From positions 32,001 through 96,000 of the forward strand of contig JBFWOZ010000001.1 in assembly GCA_050250255.1 (NCBI GenBank): a DNA stretch of 64,000 nucleotides. Direction: 5' to 3'. Origin of the DNA: Bdellovibrionales bacterium (GTDB taxonomy: Bacteria; Bdellovibrionota; Bdellovibrionia; Bdellovibrionales; DASUEL01). Within the stretch, counting starts at the first letter, position 1, and the number at the start of each line of letters is the position of its first letter. The notes beneath the pieces were generated by a model. It saw only the letters and a list, made by a program, of their open reading frames with translations. It ran no database searches and had not been told where the DNA came from. The translations under genes were made by a program, and so were the position numbers. Positions 28,471 to 37,516 of this stretch are shown here, one piece after another.

Positions 28471-28500
28471 GGCCTATCCGAAAGGGTAGGCTTTTTTTAT
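28471..28500 (+). terminator. Rho-independent terminator
   Basis: GGCCTATCC-GAAA-GGGTAGGCT followed by T-run. Confidence 0.85.
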
Positions 28501-28501
28501 T

Positions 28502-29185
28502 TTACCGCTTTACGTACCGTTTTTTCATTTGGGAAATCGCAATAGCGCCGATGATGGAAGGGGCGATCCAAAGCCAGAGCATTCCGTCGTCAAAGTTGAG
28601 CCACTTTCTTCCGCCAAAAACTAAAAAAGCCGTGTGTGCGGCGATGCCTGCTCCGAGCATGGAGGAAATATGTTCTTCCAACCACTCTTGAGGGGCCCAT
28701 ACATTTTTTCGTACGAATCGTAAGTCTTTAAGACCCGTGAGTGCGGTTAGAAGTCCAAAAGCAATAAACAGAATGTTCTCTTGATAAATACCGAGCACCG
28801 CTAAGGCTGCGCCAGTGCCGATGCAGAGACCACAAGTCAAATAGGTAAAAGGAGTTTGGAGAAGCTGAAGGTTTTGTTTTTTCACAATTGTCTTTTCACC
28901 CATCCATGCTTGAGCAAAAGTAAGAACCGTGAGAGCTAAAAGGAAAAACGACATGGGTTGAAACGCAGGATCACGTTCAAAAAATTCAGGTGAAACCAGA
29001 TTTGCCATGCATATTAAAAAAGCAGAGCCGGTAACGAGATACATGCAGCGAGTGAAGAGGCGTCCGTAATAAATGTGTCGTGGAGAACCTTTTCTCGAAA
29101 GTACCGAGCACCAGAATAATAAAAGACTGAAGGCGCCTAGTAAAACGTGGCCCGTAAGAAAGGTTTTGTACATGAGGGCCGGCAT
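28502..29185 (-). CDS. Integral membrane protein (DUF2306-like)
   Basis: HVLLG, KGSPRH..G, EHISSMLGAGIAAHTAF; about 7 TM. Confidence 0.75.
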   Translation of the reverse strand: MPALMYKTFLTGHVLLGAFSLLLFWCSVLSRKGSPRHIYYGRLFTRCMYLVTGSAFLICMANLVSPEFFERDPAFQPMSFFLLALTVLTFAQAWMGEKTIVKKQNLQLLQTPFTYLTCGLCIGTGAALAVLGIYQENILFIAFGLLTALTGLKDLRFVRKNVWAPQEWLEEHISSMLGAGIAAHTAFLVFGGRKWLNFDDGMLWLWIAPSIIGAIAISQMKKRYVKR

Positions 29186-29925
29186 TAGTCTTCTTTTAGC
29201 TTTGGAGCCTGAAGAGCTTTCTTCGCCATAATGTAAGGAATGACTTTGTACTCACCGCGCTTGAGGCCTCCCATAGAGAGAGAGCCAACGGAGATCCTTT
29301 GAAGTTTTAAAACGTCAAAACCAATCTTCTCGAACATGCGACGGATCTGTCGGTTACGACCTTCGGTAATGGAAATTTGGAGCCAGTCATATTTCTCAGC
29401 CCCTTTGCGGAGTCGGCGAATGCCTACGGCTTTTACGCGTCCAACGGCGGTGCTCACGCCATTCAAAAGTTTTTGAATTTGATTTTGAGAAGGGTGGCCG
29501 TTCACTTTTACGATATAAGTTTTTGGAATATCCCCTTTTGGATGGGCGACGGCTTGGGCGAAGTCTCCATCGTTGGTCATGAGCAGCATGCCTTCGCTAT
29601 CCCAATCAAGACGACCCACTGGGAATACACGCATCGGGAATTTTTTAAAATACTCTCCAAGATTTGGACGATCCATTGGATCGGACATCGAAGTAAGAAC
29701 ATTTTTAGGTTTGTTGAAAATCACGTACACATGTTGACTCTGTGGCTTGATGGGCTTGCCCTTGATGTTGATACGATCCACTGCTGGATCTATTTGAATT
29801 CCAAGCTCGTATACGCGACGGCCATTGACCATCACTTGGCCTTCTTCGATCATTTCGTCGGCCTTGCGGCGGCTTGCGATTCCAGATTGTGAAATGTATT
29901 TATTTAAACGTACTTTGGATGACAT
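29185..29925 (-). CDS. rRNA pseudouridine synthase (RluB/RsuA family)
   Basis: S4 domain GIASRRKAD, VGRLDWDSEG, EGRNRQIRRM. Confidence 0.93.
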   Translation of the reverse strand: MSSKVRLNKYISQSGIASRRKADEMIEEGQVMVNGRRVYELGIQIDPAVDRINIKGKPIKPQSQHVYVIFNKPKNVLTSMSDPMDRPNLGEYFKKFPMRVFPVGRLDWDSEGMLLMTNDGDFAQAVAHPKGDIPKTYIVKVNGHPSQNQIQKLLNGVSTAVGRVKAVGIRRLRKGAEKYDWLQISITEGRNRQIRRMFEKIGFDVLKLQRISVGSLSMGGLKRGEYKVIPYIMAKKALQAPKLKED

Positions 29926-30059
29926 GTTATCCCTCAACTTAGACCCGACTTAAGTCCCAATGATATACGCCGAATGGGGCCATTTTTGTAGAAGAACTTA
30001 AGATCCAAGGCCAAAGTGATATAAAGTGGTGTAATATTTAGCCTAAATAGGGAGGTCTT

Positions 30060-30512
30060 ATGGCGAGTTCAGAATTCGAAAAGTCAAAATCACTCATTGG
30101 CAGTTATGGACAGCCTGAATCGACTCCCGCAAGAAAAGACAACAGCCTCAGGCGTGCGGAAGAGCGCATGGATATTCTCACACAAAAACTTGAGGAACTC
30201 GCGAAGCTCATGACTATGAAAACTGAGCGGCTCATGGTGAAGGTTCGCTTGATGGAAGAACGTCAAAACGAATTCATCATGGACACGCAAAAGAAACTTA
30301 CTGGAATGGTCACTCGATCGGCCGAACTTCCACGAGTTGAGATGCGCATGCACGAAGTGATCGAAAAACATAATCAAGTGGTGAGAGCTTTCGAAAATAA
30401 AATCAATCAGATCAAAAGATTGGTCGATCAACAAGAGGTTCAGCTTTTTAAAGCGATGGGTGAACTCGAAGAATCTCGCAAAGAAATCGCTCGTCTTAAG
30501 CGGCTTACTTAA
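30060..30512 (+). CDS. Coiled-coil hypothetical protein
   Basis: 150-aa heptad-rich ORF, GGAGG SD. Confidence 0.8.
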   Translation: MASSEFEKSKSLIGSYGQPESTPARKDNSLRRAEERMDILTQKLEELAKLMTMKTERLMVKVRLMEERQNEFIMDTQKKLTGMVTRSAELPRVEMRMHEVIEKHNQVVRAFENKINQIKRLVDQQEVQLFKAMGELEESRKEIARLKRLT

Positions 30513-30592
30513 AGGTGCCAGTGTCTTTTTTCTGGCTACGCTGCGTCCACTTCGTGAAGCGGTGTAGCCAGAAAAAAGACACTGGCACCTTT
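30511..30592. repeat. REPIN-like hairpin built from the RAYT-flanking repeat
   Basis: AAAGGTGCCAGTGTCTTTTTTCTGGCTAC (30511-30539), 24-nt spacer, exact reverse complement (30564-30592); 1 change from the 20090 repeat. Confidence 0.92.
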
Positions 30593-32187
30593 TAGGGAGC
30601 TGCGGATTTCATTCTTTTTAGAAAGGCATCGGCGTTTTCGAAGCCGGTGAGAGTTAATTCCTTCTTCTCTTTTCCATTGGAATCGAAAAAGATCATCGTA
30701 GGTAAGCCCACAACTCGGTAAAGATTTTTGAGGCGATTCACTTCGTCCGTGCTGTTCGTCGCATCGAGTTTTAATAATACAAAATCTTTACTTTTTTCGC
30801 GAACGGCGTTGTCGGTGAGAGTGAAAACCTCAAGCTCTTTACAGGCCACACACCAGTCTGCCCAGAAATCGAGAATCACGGGACGTTGCTCCGAACGCGC
30901 TTTTGCTAATAGTTCATCGGAGTAGTGTTGCCAATCGAGTTTTTGAACATTTTCCGAGAGAGTTGCGGAAGAGAAGAAGCGAAGTGAAGGTGGGAGAATG
31001 GGTTGCAAATAATAAAACGCCATGACGATCATGGTTGTTCCAAAAATAAACTTTACACCATTCATCCATGAGCCTGATTTAGGAATTTTTTTGAGGAGTC
31101 CTTCGAAAGTTCCAAGTACAAGAAAAATTTGTCCGAGTCCTAGGGCAAATACAAAGAGTAACGAAAAACCGAAAATTAAATTTTTTGATTCGGCGACGTA
31201 AGTCAAAACACTCACGAGAACGGGACCAACGCAGGGACTCGCTACGATACCAGCAATGAGACCGGTGACGAAGGCTCCGAAATATCCCGCTTCCGTTTTT
31301 GAGGAGCTCAATCGGTTCGCGATAAATGAAGGGACCTTGATTTCAAAGAGACCGTACATACTAAGTCCCATGATCACAAAGATAAGGGCGATCGCTGAAA
31401 CCACGAGGGGGTGACCTAAGTAAGAACCAAACAGCGCTCCTGTTTTTGCTGCGAGCATTCCAAGGCAAGCATAGGTGACTGCAATTCCTAAAACGTAACT
31501 TAGGCTGAGAGTAAATCCCCTGAATTTCGTATGTCGAGAAGTCGCGGCAGAGCGGGCGCCAATAATTGCTAACGTGATAGGAATCATTGGGAAAATGCAA
31601 GGAGTGAAAGAAGTCAGGATTCCTGCTAAAAATACAAAAAAGAAAGCGTAGAGCATCCCTCTATTCAATGCATTTTGTAAGAGATCTGTGGACGGAGGCG
31701 CGTTGACTCCTGTTGTGGAGAGAGAGGTGGTGAATTCCATGGGAATATCCATAGTTGTTGGAAACATACAGTAAGTGTCAGTACACACTTGGTAAGTGAA
31801 CTGTGCTTCACCCTTCCATGCGCCCGGTTTCATGGTCGAAGGAAATCTTAAGTCCACAATCACGGTGGAAGAACCTTTGATTCCCTCGCGTGTTTTTTTA
31901 GAAAATTTATCTTCAAATTTAAAACTCGGTGTCGCGACGATTTGAAATACTTGAACTTCGGGAATCGATTTGAACTTCACTTTGAACATGTCGACGTAAG
32001 CTTTGTGATGAGGCGCGACTGTGACATCTAAAAGAAGTTGAGTGTTCTGGTCGAGGGGGACCGGCGACTCTCGCATGTGAGCTTTTGCAGTGAGCGGGTT
32101 GGGGTGCACGTCCTGATCGTTGGAAAATGTCCAAGGTGAGACAAATATAAGTGATAGAAAGATCAGTGATTTAAAAGTGCGACCCAT
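30592..32187 (-). CDS. dsbD: Thiol:disulfide interchange protein DsbD
   Basis: YQVCTDTYC, SFTPCIFPMIP, SPCVGP, DFWADWCVACK. Confidence 0.93.
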   Translation of the reverse strand: MGRTFKSLIFLSLIFVSPWTFSNDQDVHPNPLTAKAHMRESPVPLDQNTQLLLDVTVAPHHKAYVDMFKVKFKSIPEVQVFQIVATPSFKFEDKFSKKTREGIKGSSTVIVDLRFPSTMKPGAWKGEAQFTYQVCTDTYCMFPTTMDIPMEFTTSLSTTGVNAPPSTDLLQNALNRGMLYAFFFVFLAGILTSFTPCIFPMIPITLAIIGARSAATSRHTKFRGFTLSLSYVLGIAVTYACLGMLAAKTGALFGSYLGHPLVVSAIALIFVIMGLSMYGLFEIKVPSFIANRLSSSKTEAGYFGAFVTGLIAGIVASPCVGPVLVSVLTYVAESKNLIFGFSLLFVFALGLGQIFLVLGTFEGLLKKIPKSGSWMNGVKFIFGTTMIVMAFYYLQPILPPSLRFFSSATLSENVQKLDWQHYSDELLAKARSEQRPVILDFWADWCVACKELEVFTLTDNAVREKSKDFVLLKLDATNSTDEVNRLKNLYRVVGLPTMIFFDSNGKEKKELTLTGFENADAFLKRMKSAAP

Positions 32188-32292
32188 GTTGTTCTAAGTT
32201 ATAACGGTTTTGGAACGGGATCATCCAATAACGCACTTCTTCCGTCGAGGTACTGGACTAAAGGTCGAGCTCATAAAAGTTTGAATTTCCTC

Positions 32293-32318
32293 TCAAAACT
32301 TACAAAATCTGCCGACAA
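32293..32318 (+). promoter_or_regulatory. Possible sigma28-type promoter for motAB
   Basis: TCAA-N14-GCCGACAA upstream of motA. Confidence 0.4.
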
Positions 32319-32342
32319 ATTACCTGAGGGAGCCTCAGCGAT

Positions 32343-33203
32343 ATGGGTGGCATAGTTGGAATAGTGATCGTTATTGTCTGTGTGTTCGGTGGATTTATCC
32401 TCGCCGGTGGACACATTCATGTTGTATGGCAGCCTTACGAAATCATGATCATCTTCGGTGCGATGTTTGGTGCGATGGTGATCTCAAATCCTCCTTCAAT
32501 TTTAAAAGCAGCCCTGTCGGGTGTGATTCACGCTTTGACTAAGGGTGGTCCTACTAAAAAAGATTATCTTGATCTCTTGCAAATGCTTTTCCGTTTTTAT
32601 CAAATTTACCGTCGTGATGGTCCTCAAGCAGTTGAAAAACATGTGGAGAAGCCAGAAGAGAGCGAATTGTTTAAGGGCTACCCCTCATTTATTAAAAATC
32701 ATCATGCGGTAGAATATCTCTGCGATACGATGAAGATCGTTCTATCTGCGGATCTCTCTCAATATGATGTTGATGACTTACTTGATTCCGATATTAAATC
32801 TCTCCACGAAGAAGAGCATAAAGCTGCTCACGCAATTGGTAACGCGGCCGATGCTCTTCCAGGACTAGGGATCGTGGCCGCGGTTCTTGGGATCGTGCAT
32901 ACAATGAGTATGTTAGATCAAGGAACCGAAGTGATTGGTCACTCCGTGGGTGCCGCCCTTATTGGTACCTTCCTTGGGGTTTTCGTGTGTTACGGGTTGG
33001 TCGCACCGATCGCACAAAAAATGGGCAAAGACATTGAAGCTGGTGGTCAGTATTTAAAGGTAATTAAAGCGTCACTGGTGGCTCTGCAAAGAGGTTCACC
33101 TCCTTTGGTATGTATTGAATTTGCTCGCCGAACGATTTTCCCGCACGACCGACCGTCCTTTGAAGAGATGGATACGGCTTCGAAAGAGAAAAAAGCGGCT
33201 TAA
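32343..33203 (+). CDS. motA: Flagellar stator protein MotA
   Basis: WQPYEIMIIFG, ALPGLGIVAAVLG, ALIGTFLG, EFARR..RPSF. Confidence 0.95.
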   Translation: MGGIVGIVIVIVCVFGGFILAGGHIHVVWQPYEIMIIFGAMFGAMVISNPPSILKAALSGVIHALTKGGPTKKDYLDLLQMLFRFYQIYRRDGPQAVEKHVEKPEESELFKGYPSFIKNHHAVEYLCDTMKIVLSADLSQYDVDDLLDSDIKSLHEEEHKAAHAIGNAADALPGLGIVAAVLGIVHTMSMLDQGTEVIGHSVGAALIGTFLGVFVCYGLVAPIAQKMGKDIEAGGQYLKVIKASLVALQRGSPPLVCIEFARRTIFPHDRPSFEEMDTASKEKKAA

Positions 33204-33218
33204 GCTTAGAGGATTCAC

Positions 33219-34085
33219 GTGGCTAAAAACCAAATGGTTGTTATAAAAAAAATTACGATCAATGGGGCAGGAGCTCACGGTGGTTCTTGGAAGGTGGCTT
33301 TTGCCGATTTCATGACCGCGATGATGGCGTTCTTTCTAGTGATGTGGCTTCTCAATCAAAGTGAAGAAACCAAGAAGCAAGTCGCTCGCTATTTTTCTGG
33401 ACCCTCAGTGATAGAACAGAATTTTAGTATTTATGGTGCCGAGATCACGCTCGAAAAATTGTTTCTCGATATCACGAACGAACCAATGAAGGCTTTCCAA
33501 CAATTTGTGCAGCCTGCGGATGTCACTCCTGACATTATGTCACTGGGTTCTAAGCGAGCGGCCCTTTTTCATATTGCTCAAGAGCTTGGTGATGCCGCTC
33601 AAAACGTTGAAATCAATCAAGACGAGATCTATTTTGAAATTCCTGATCATATGTTTTTTGAACGCGGAACTGCAAATCCGTCAGCTCGACATAAAGAAGT
33701 GATGGAAAAACTCAAAGATCTTGTTGTTGGTTTAGAGAACTCGAGCTTTGAAGTCACATCTCTTCTTTATTCTGCAAGCATTCCGCCAAAGGCGACTCAA
33801 TCAGCTGAAGACGTCACGGTTAAACGTATGGATTTGTTAAAAAACCAGATCGACTTTCAATCGGATAGCAATACCTTAAAATCTACGGCGATCGTATCAG
33901 AGCAGTCTTTGCCTCCTAATGCCCCCGGTGGATTAATCAAAATTCGTATTAAACAAAATGAATTTCTCCCGGATGGCTCAAAGCCACGCCCATTAAAAGG
34001 CGATATTAAGGAGAAAAAGAGCGATACGACCGTCTATAATGACTTCGTACGTCGTATGACTGAAAGCACGAAGCGTCGCCGCTAA
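33219..34085 (+). CDS. motB: Flagellar stator protein MotB (divergent periplasmic domain)
   Basis: [25 protein letters not shown]; follows motA. Confidence 0.9.
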   Translation: MAKNQMVVIKKITINGAGAHGGSWKVAFADFMTAMMAFFLVMWLLNQSEETKKQVARYFSGPSVIEQNFSIYGAEITLEKLFLDITNEPMKAFQQFVQPADVTPDIMSLGSKRAALFHIAQELGDAAQNVEINQDEIYFEIPDHMFFERGTANPSARHKEVMEKLKDLVVGLENSSFEVTSLLYSASIPPKATQSAEDVTVKRMDLLKNQIDFQSDSNTLKSTAIVSEQSLPPNAPGGLIKIRIKQNEFLPDGSKPRPLKGDIKEKKSDTTVYNDFVRRMTESTKRRR

Positions 34086-34148
34086 AATCCTTTTCTTAGT
34101 TTCCAAAAAAAACTACCCAAAATCGGTGTAGGGCTCTACGTTTAAAGA

Positions 34149-35000
34149 ATGGCTGATGCGTATGAAGTTCCCTGGCGATCTCACACTTTTGTGGCTTTCG
34201 ATACCGAGACGAGTGGGGCTTTTCCTATTGGCTCTGAGCTTTGTGAAATTGCCGCGGTAAAATGGAAAGATGGCCAAATTATTGATCGTTTTCAATCCTT
34301 AGTAGCGGTGAAAAAGCCAATGTCAGACTTCATTATCGGCATTCACGGAATTACGAATGAAATGGTGAAGAATGCTCCTCAGCTTGGGGATGTCGTGAAG
34401 CAATTTCGGGAATTTGTTTCGGGTACAATCATGGTGGCTCACCACGCTCCTTTTGATATGGGCTTTTTAGCTTACGAAATGGAACGTCATGAGATGAAGC
34501 TGCTTCATCATCCTGTTCTGTGCACAAGTTTGTTATCGATTGAACTTTTTCCTGAGTTTGAAAATCACAAACTACAAACGCTCATTCAAACTTTTCAGTT
34601 GAAGCAGGGTCAGGCCCATAGAGCTTTGGATGATTCTGAAGCTTGTATGGAAGTGTTTTTACGATGTGCAGAAAAAGTGGGACCTGAAGCAACGCTTTCC
34701 CAAATTTATCAGGCTCAAAAAGTACATTTAAAATGGGATCGCTTCTCAATGAAGCAGCTTGCAAAAATTGAATTGTTTCAAAACATTATCAACGCCGTAC
34801 AGAATGATCAGGAGCTCGAGATTGTTTACGGAGCAGGTTCTCACCCAGGGCAAACCAGACGCGTGAAACCAATTGGTATCGTACGTTCACCTGACGGAGA
34901 TTTTCTCGCCTGTCCAATGGAAGAAAACGGTGTGATGAGAAATAAACGTTTTTATTTAAAGAGAATTAGCCGCGCGACGGCCATTCTAAGCGAGCCCTAA
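34149..35000 (+). CDS. DnaQ-like 3'-5' exonuclease with WYL-like C-terminal domain
   Basis: DTETSG, HHAPFD, HRALDD; tail LEIVY..RRVKP..KRFYLKRI. Confidence 0.85.
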   Translation: MADAYEVPWRSHTFVAFDTETSGAFPIGSELCEIAAVKWKDGQIIDRFQSLVAVKKPMSDFIIGIHGITNEMVKNAPQLGDVVKQFREFVSGTIMVAHHAPFDMGFLAYEMERHEMKLLHHPVLCTSLLSIELFPEFENHKLQTLIQTFQLKQGQAHRALDDSEACMEVFLRCAEKVGPEATLSQIYQAQKVHLKWDRFSMKQLAKIELFQNIINAVQNDQELEIVYGAGSHPGQTRRVKPIGIVRSPDGDFLACPMEENGVMRNKRFYLKRISRATAILSEP

Positions 35001-35890
35001 CTCGCTTTTATTTTTGACCACTGCTTTGCGAGTTTCGCCGCCATCCTCTCAAGTTTTTGAAACTCATCACCACCTCTAAGCTTGAGGGAACGAGTCTTTC
35101 CGGCGTAGAGATCTTCAAGAAATTTTTCAAAAGCATAAATTGGCCCCGCAGCTTTGTGGGCAAGCATGAGGCCTACAAAAAAGAGAATGGTGCAAAACGC
35201 GACGCTCACAATTAAAAACGTAAACGTAAAAGTAATCATGATGTGTTCGCTCTGCGCCGTAAGAGGACCCGTCAGCTCTTCAATCGCCACTTTTAGAAAC
35301 GTGTAGGATAAAATACCTGTGAGCAGAGCGAAGCAGAAGGCAAAGCTTGTAAGCTTCAAAGCATATTTAAATTGGTATTTTGGATCAATGAGGAAAGACT
35401 TTCTCAAATTCTGATCAGGCCAGAGCCGCTTCCCATCTTTAAAGAGACAGTAGATCACCAAGAAATAACCGACCCATTGAAGAGCATCGGCCAAGTTAAA
35501 AGCCGGAGTCAGCCATTGCTCCCAACGAAAAACAACAAAGTCTACAACGTAGCCCCAGCGAATGCGATCTGTGACGTTGCCAAGAATCCCACCTAGAAGG
35601 ATCGACATGCCTGCGCGGAGGATGAGCGTCTGTGGTGGCAAGAGGTATTGAATAATCATGAAACAAAATATGAGGAAGGCTCCGCCTGTCGAGAGAGAAA
35701 CAATGCGAAGCATAGGTGGAACGTCCGAAAACGTTCCAAGAATAACACCTGGATTGTGGTGAAGCATGAAACCCATGGGACCGATAAAAAACGGAACACC
35801 TAAATTAGAAGCCCACATTTTTGTAGTTTGATCGATCAGCCACACGACGATCAGGGGCATAGTAATAAAAAACCAATCTCGACGAGTCAT
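34997..35890 (-). CDS. lspA: Lipoprotein signal peptidase II with C-terminal two-TM/HAMP-like extension
   Basis: DQTTK, NPG, GNVTDR, VVDF, FNLADA. Confidence 0.85.
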   Translation of the reverse strand: MTRRDWFFITMPLIVVWLIDQTTKMWASNLGVPFFIGPMGFMLHHNPGVILGTFSDVPPMLRIVSLSTGGAFLIFCFMIIQYLLPPQTLILRAGMSILLGGILGNVTDRIRWGYVVDFVVFRWEQWLTPAFNLADALQWVGYFLVIYCLFKDGKRLWPDQNLRKSFLIDPKYQFKYALKLTSFAFCFALLTGILSYTFLKVAIEELTGPLTAQSEHIMITFTFTFLIVSVAFCTILFFVGLMLAHKAAGPIYAFEKFLEDLYAGKTRSLKLRGGDEFQKLERMAAKLAKQWSKIKAS

Positions 35891-35980
35891 TACACAAAGA
35901 ATATCAATAATTTGAGAGCTGATCCCGTGGATTGGTTTTGTGGATGGGAAGAATGGACTAAGGTCCTCGGCATTATTTAC

Positions 35981-36080
35981 TACCGGGATCCATGTATTCT
36001 GGTAAACGGGAATACGTGGATCCCTGTTTTAATACCGGGATCCGCGTATACAAGTTAACTTGAATACCCGGATCCTCGTA
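35981..36080. repeat. Four alternating GGATCC-core repeats forming two hairpins
   Basis: TACCGGGATCCATGTATTC / GAATACGTGGATCCCTGT / TACCGGGATCCGCGTATAC / GAATACCCGGATCCTCGTA. Confidence 0.75.
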
Positions 36081-36110
36081 GATTAAGATTAAGGCGAGGA
36101 GAATCCCCCT

Positions 36111-37511
36111 ATGCTTTCCATTTTCTTAAGTATCATAATTTCTGTTTCCGCCTCTGCAAACGCGAAGAATACAAACATTTCCGAGCGCTTAAAAAAAGTG
36201 ATGGCAAGAAGTGGCTTGAGCCAGCAAGATTTGGGCCTTTTTATTCAGTCTTCTCCCGAAGATGAAATTTTTAATATCAACGCAAAACAAAATTTTGTGC
36301 CTGCTTCTATCTCAAAAATTCCAACCGCGCTTGCGGCTTTAGAAACTTGGGGTCCGGGCCATCGTTTTTCTACGCAAGTTTACATGGATGGATCTTTAGT
36401 CAATGGCACGCTCAGTGGAAATTTGATTTTAAAGGGGCAAGGAGAACCAGCCCTTGTTTCTGAACGCATGTGGTTTCTCGTGAACGCGCTCACACGATTT
36501 CAAATTCAAAAAGTCACGGGCGATATTATTGTAGATGAATCGTATTTTGATTCTATTCGCTACGACAAAGATCGTCTACCAATGAGCGAGGGTCGCGCCT
36601 TCGATGCGCCTGTGAGTGCGCTTTCTTTTAACTGGAATGCCGCTAACATTTTTATACGACCAACACGCGCTGGCCAAGCTGCTGAAGTTTTTGTAGATCC
36701 AGCAAACAGTTATATCATTGGAGTTGCGAATCAAACGAAAACGATTTCCTCTGGTAATTTGACTGTGAATGCAACTCCTACACCAGTAAAACAAGGGGAT
36801 CAAATCATCGGTGATAAAATATTTTCTCGCGGACAAATCCCTGTAGGGCAAAAGGAAGTGGTTCTTTACCGCTCCATTTCGGAACCGGATTTGTGGGCGG
36901 GTGCCAACTTTAAAGAATTTTTAAAGCAGCGCCAAATTCATGTGGTGGGGCAGGTAAAACGAGGCCGTGCGGGATCTGGCGCACAACTTCTTATCGATGA
37001 ACCCGGTAGCGCCGTGAGAGAAGTTGTCACTGATATGATGAAGTTCTCAAATAATTTTATAGCCGAAATGTTAGCAAAGCATCTTTCGGTTGAATCAGGT
37101 TCTCGTCCGGGGAATTTACCGGCGGGTGTAGAAATGATTAAAAAATCTATGGATCGTGTTGGGCTAGATCGTAAAGATTATTCTTATGTAAGTCCCTCAG
37201 GACTCACGGTAAAAAATAAAATGAGCGCTTCACAGTTTAATCGCATTCTTTATTATGCGATTAAGTCATCGGTGGCTCCTGAGTTTCTCTCCTCGTTACC
37301 CCTTGCGGGAATCGACGGAACACTAAAGAGTCGATTAAAGGGCTATAACGTAAGAGCTAAAACTGGCCTCTTGTCAGGGGTCTCAAGTCTCGCTGGATTC
37401 GCTTATAAAAAAGATGGGACCGTCTTTACCTTTTCTTTTATGTATAACGGTTCTAAACATTTTATAGCCAAAGATCTTTTTGAAGATTTGATTATTGAAT
37501 TGTTAAAATAG
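36111..37511 (+). CDS. dacB: D-alanyl-D-alanine carboxypeptidase/endopeptidase (PBP4, S13)
   Basis: PASISK (SxxK), KFSNNFIAE (SxN), AKTG. Confidence 0.93.
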   Translation: MLSIFLSIIISVSASANAKNTNISERLKKVMARSGLSQQDLGLFIQSSPEDEIFNINAKQNFVPASISKIPTALAALETWGPGHRFSTQVYMDGSLVNGTLSGNLILKGQGEPALVSERMWFLVNALTRFQIQKVTGDIIVDESYFDSIRYDKDRLPMSEGRAFDAPVSALSFNWNAANIFIRPTRAGQAAEVFVDPANSYIIGVANQTKTISSGNLTVNATPTPVKQGDQIIGDKIFSRGQIPVGQKEVVLYRSISEPDLWAGANFKEFLKQRQIHVVGQVKRGRAGSGAQLLIDEPGSAVREVVTDMMKFSNNFIAEMLAKHLSVESGSRPGNLPAGVEMIKKSMDRVGLDRKDYSYVSPSGLTVKNKMSASQFNRILYYAIKSSVAPEFLSSLPLAGIDGTLKSRLKGYNVRAKTGLLSGVSSLAGFAYKKDGTVFTFSFMYNGSKHFIAKDLFEDLIIELLK

Positions 37512-37516
37512 AGAAG

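Noticed and set aside
29377..29892. 171-aa plus-strand ORF
   Set aside because: Antisense shadow of the pseudouridine synthase
35981..36080. Mini CRISPR array
   Set aside because: Units alternate in orientation, spacers are too short and no cas genes are present
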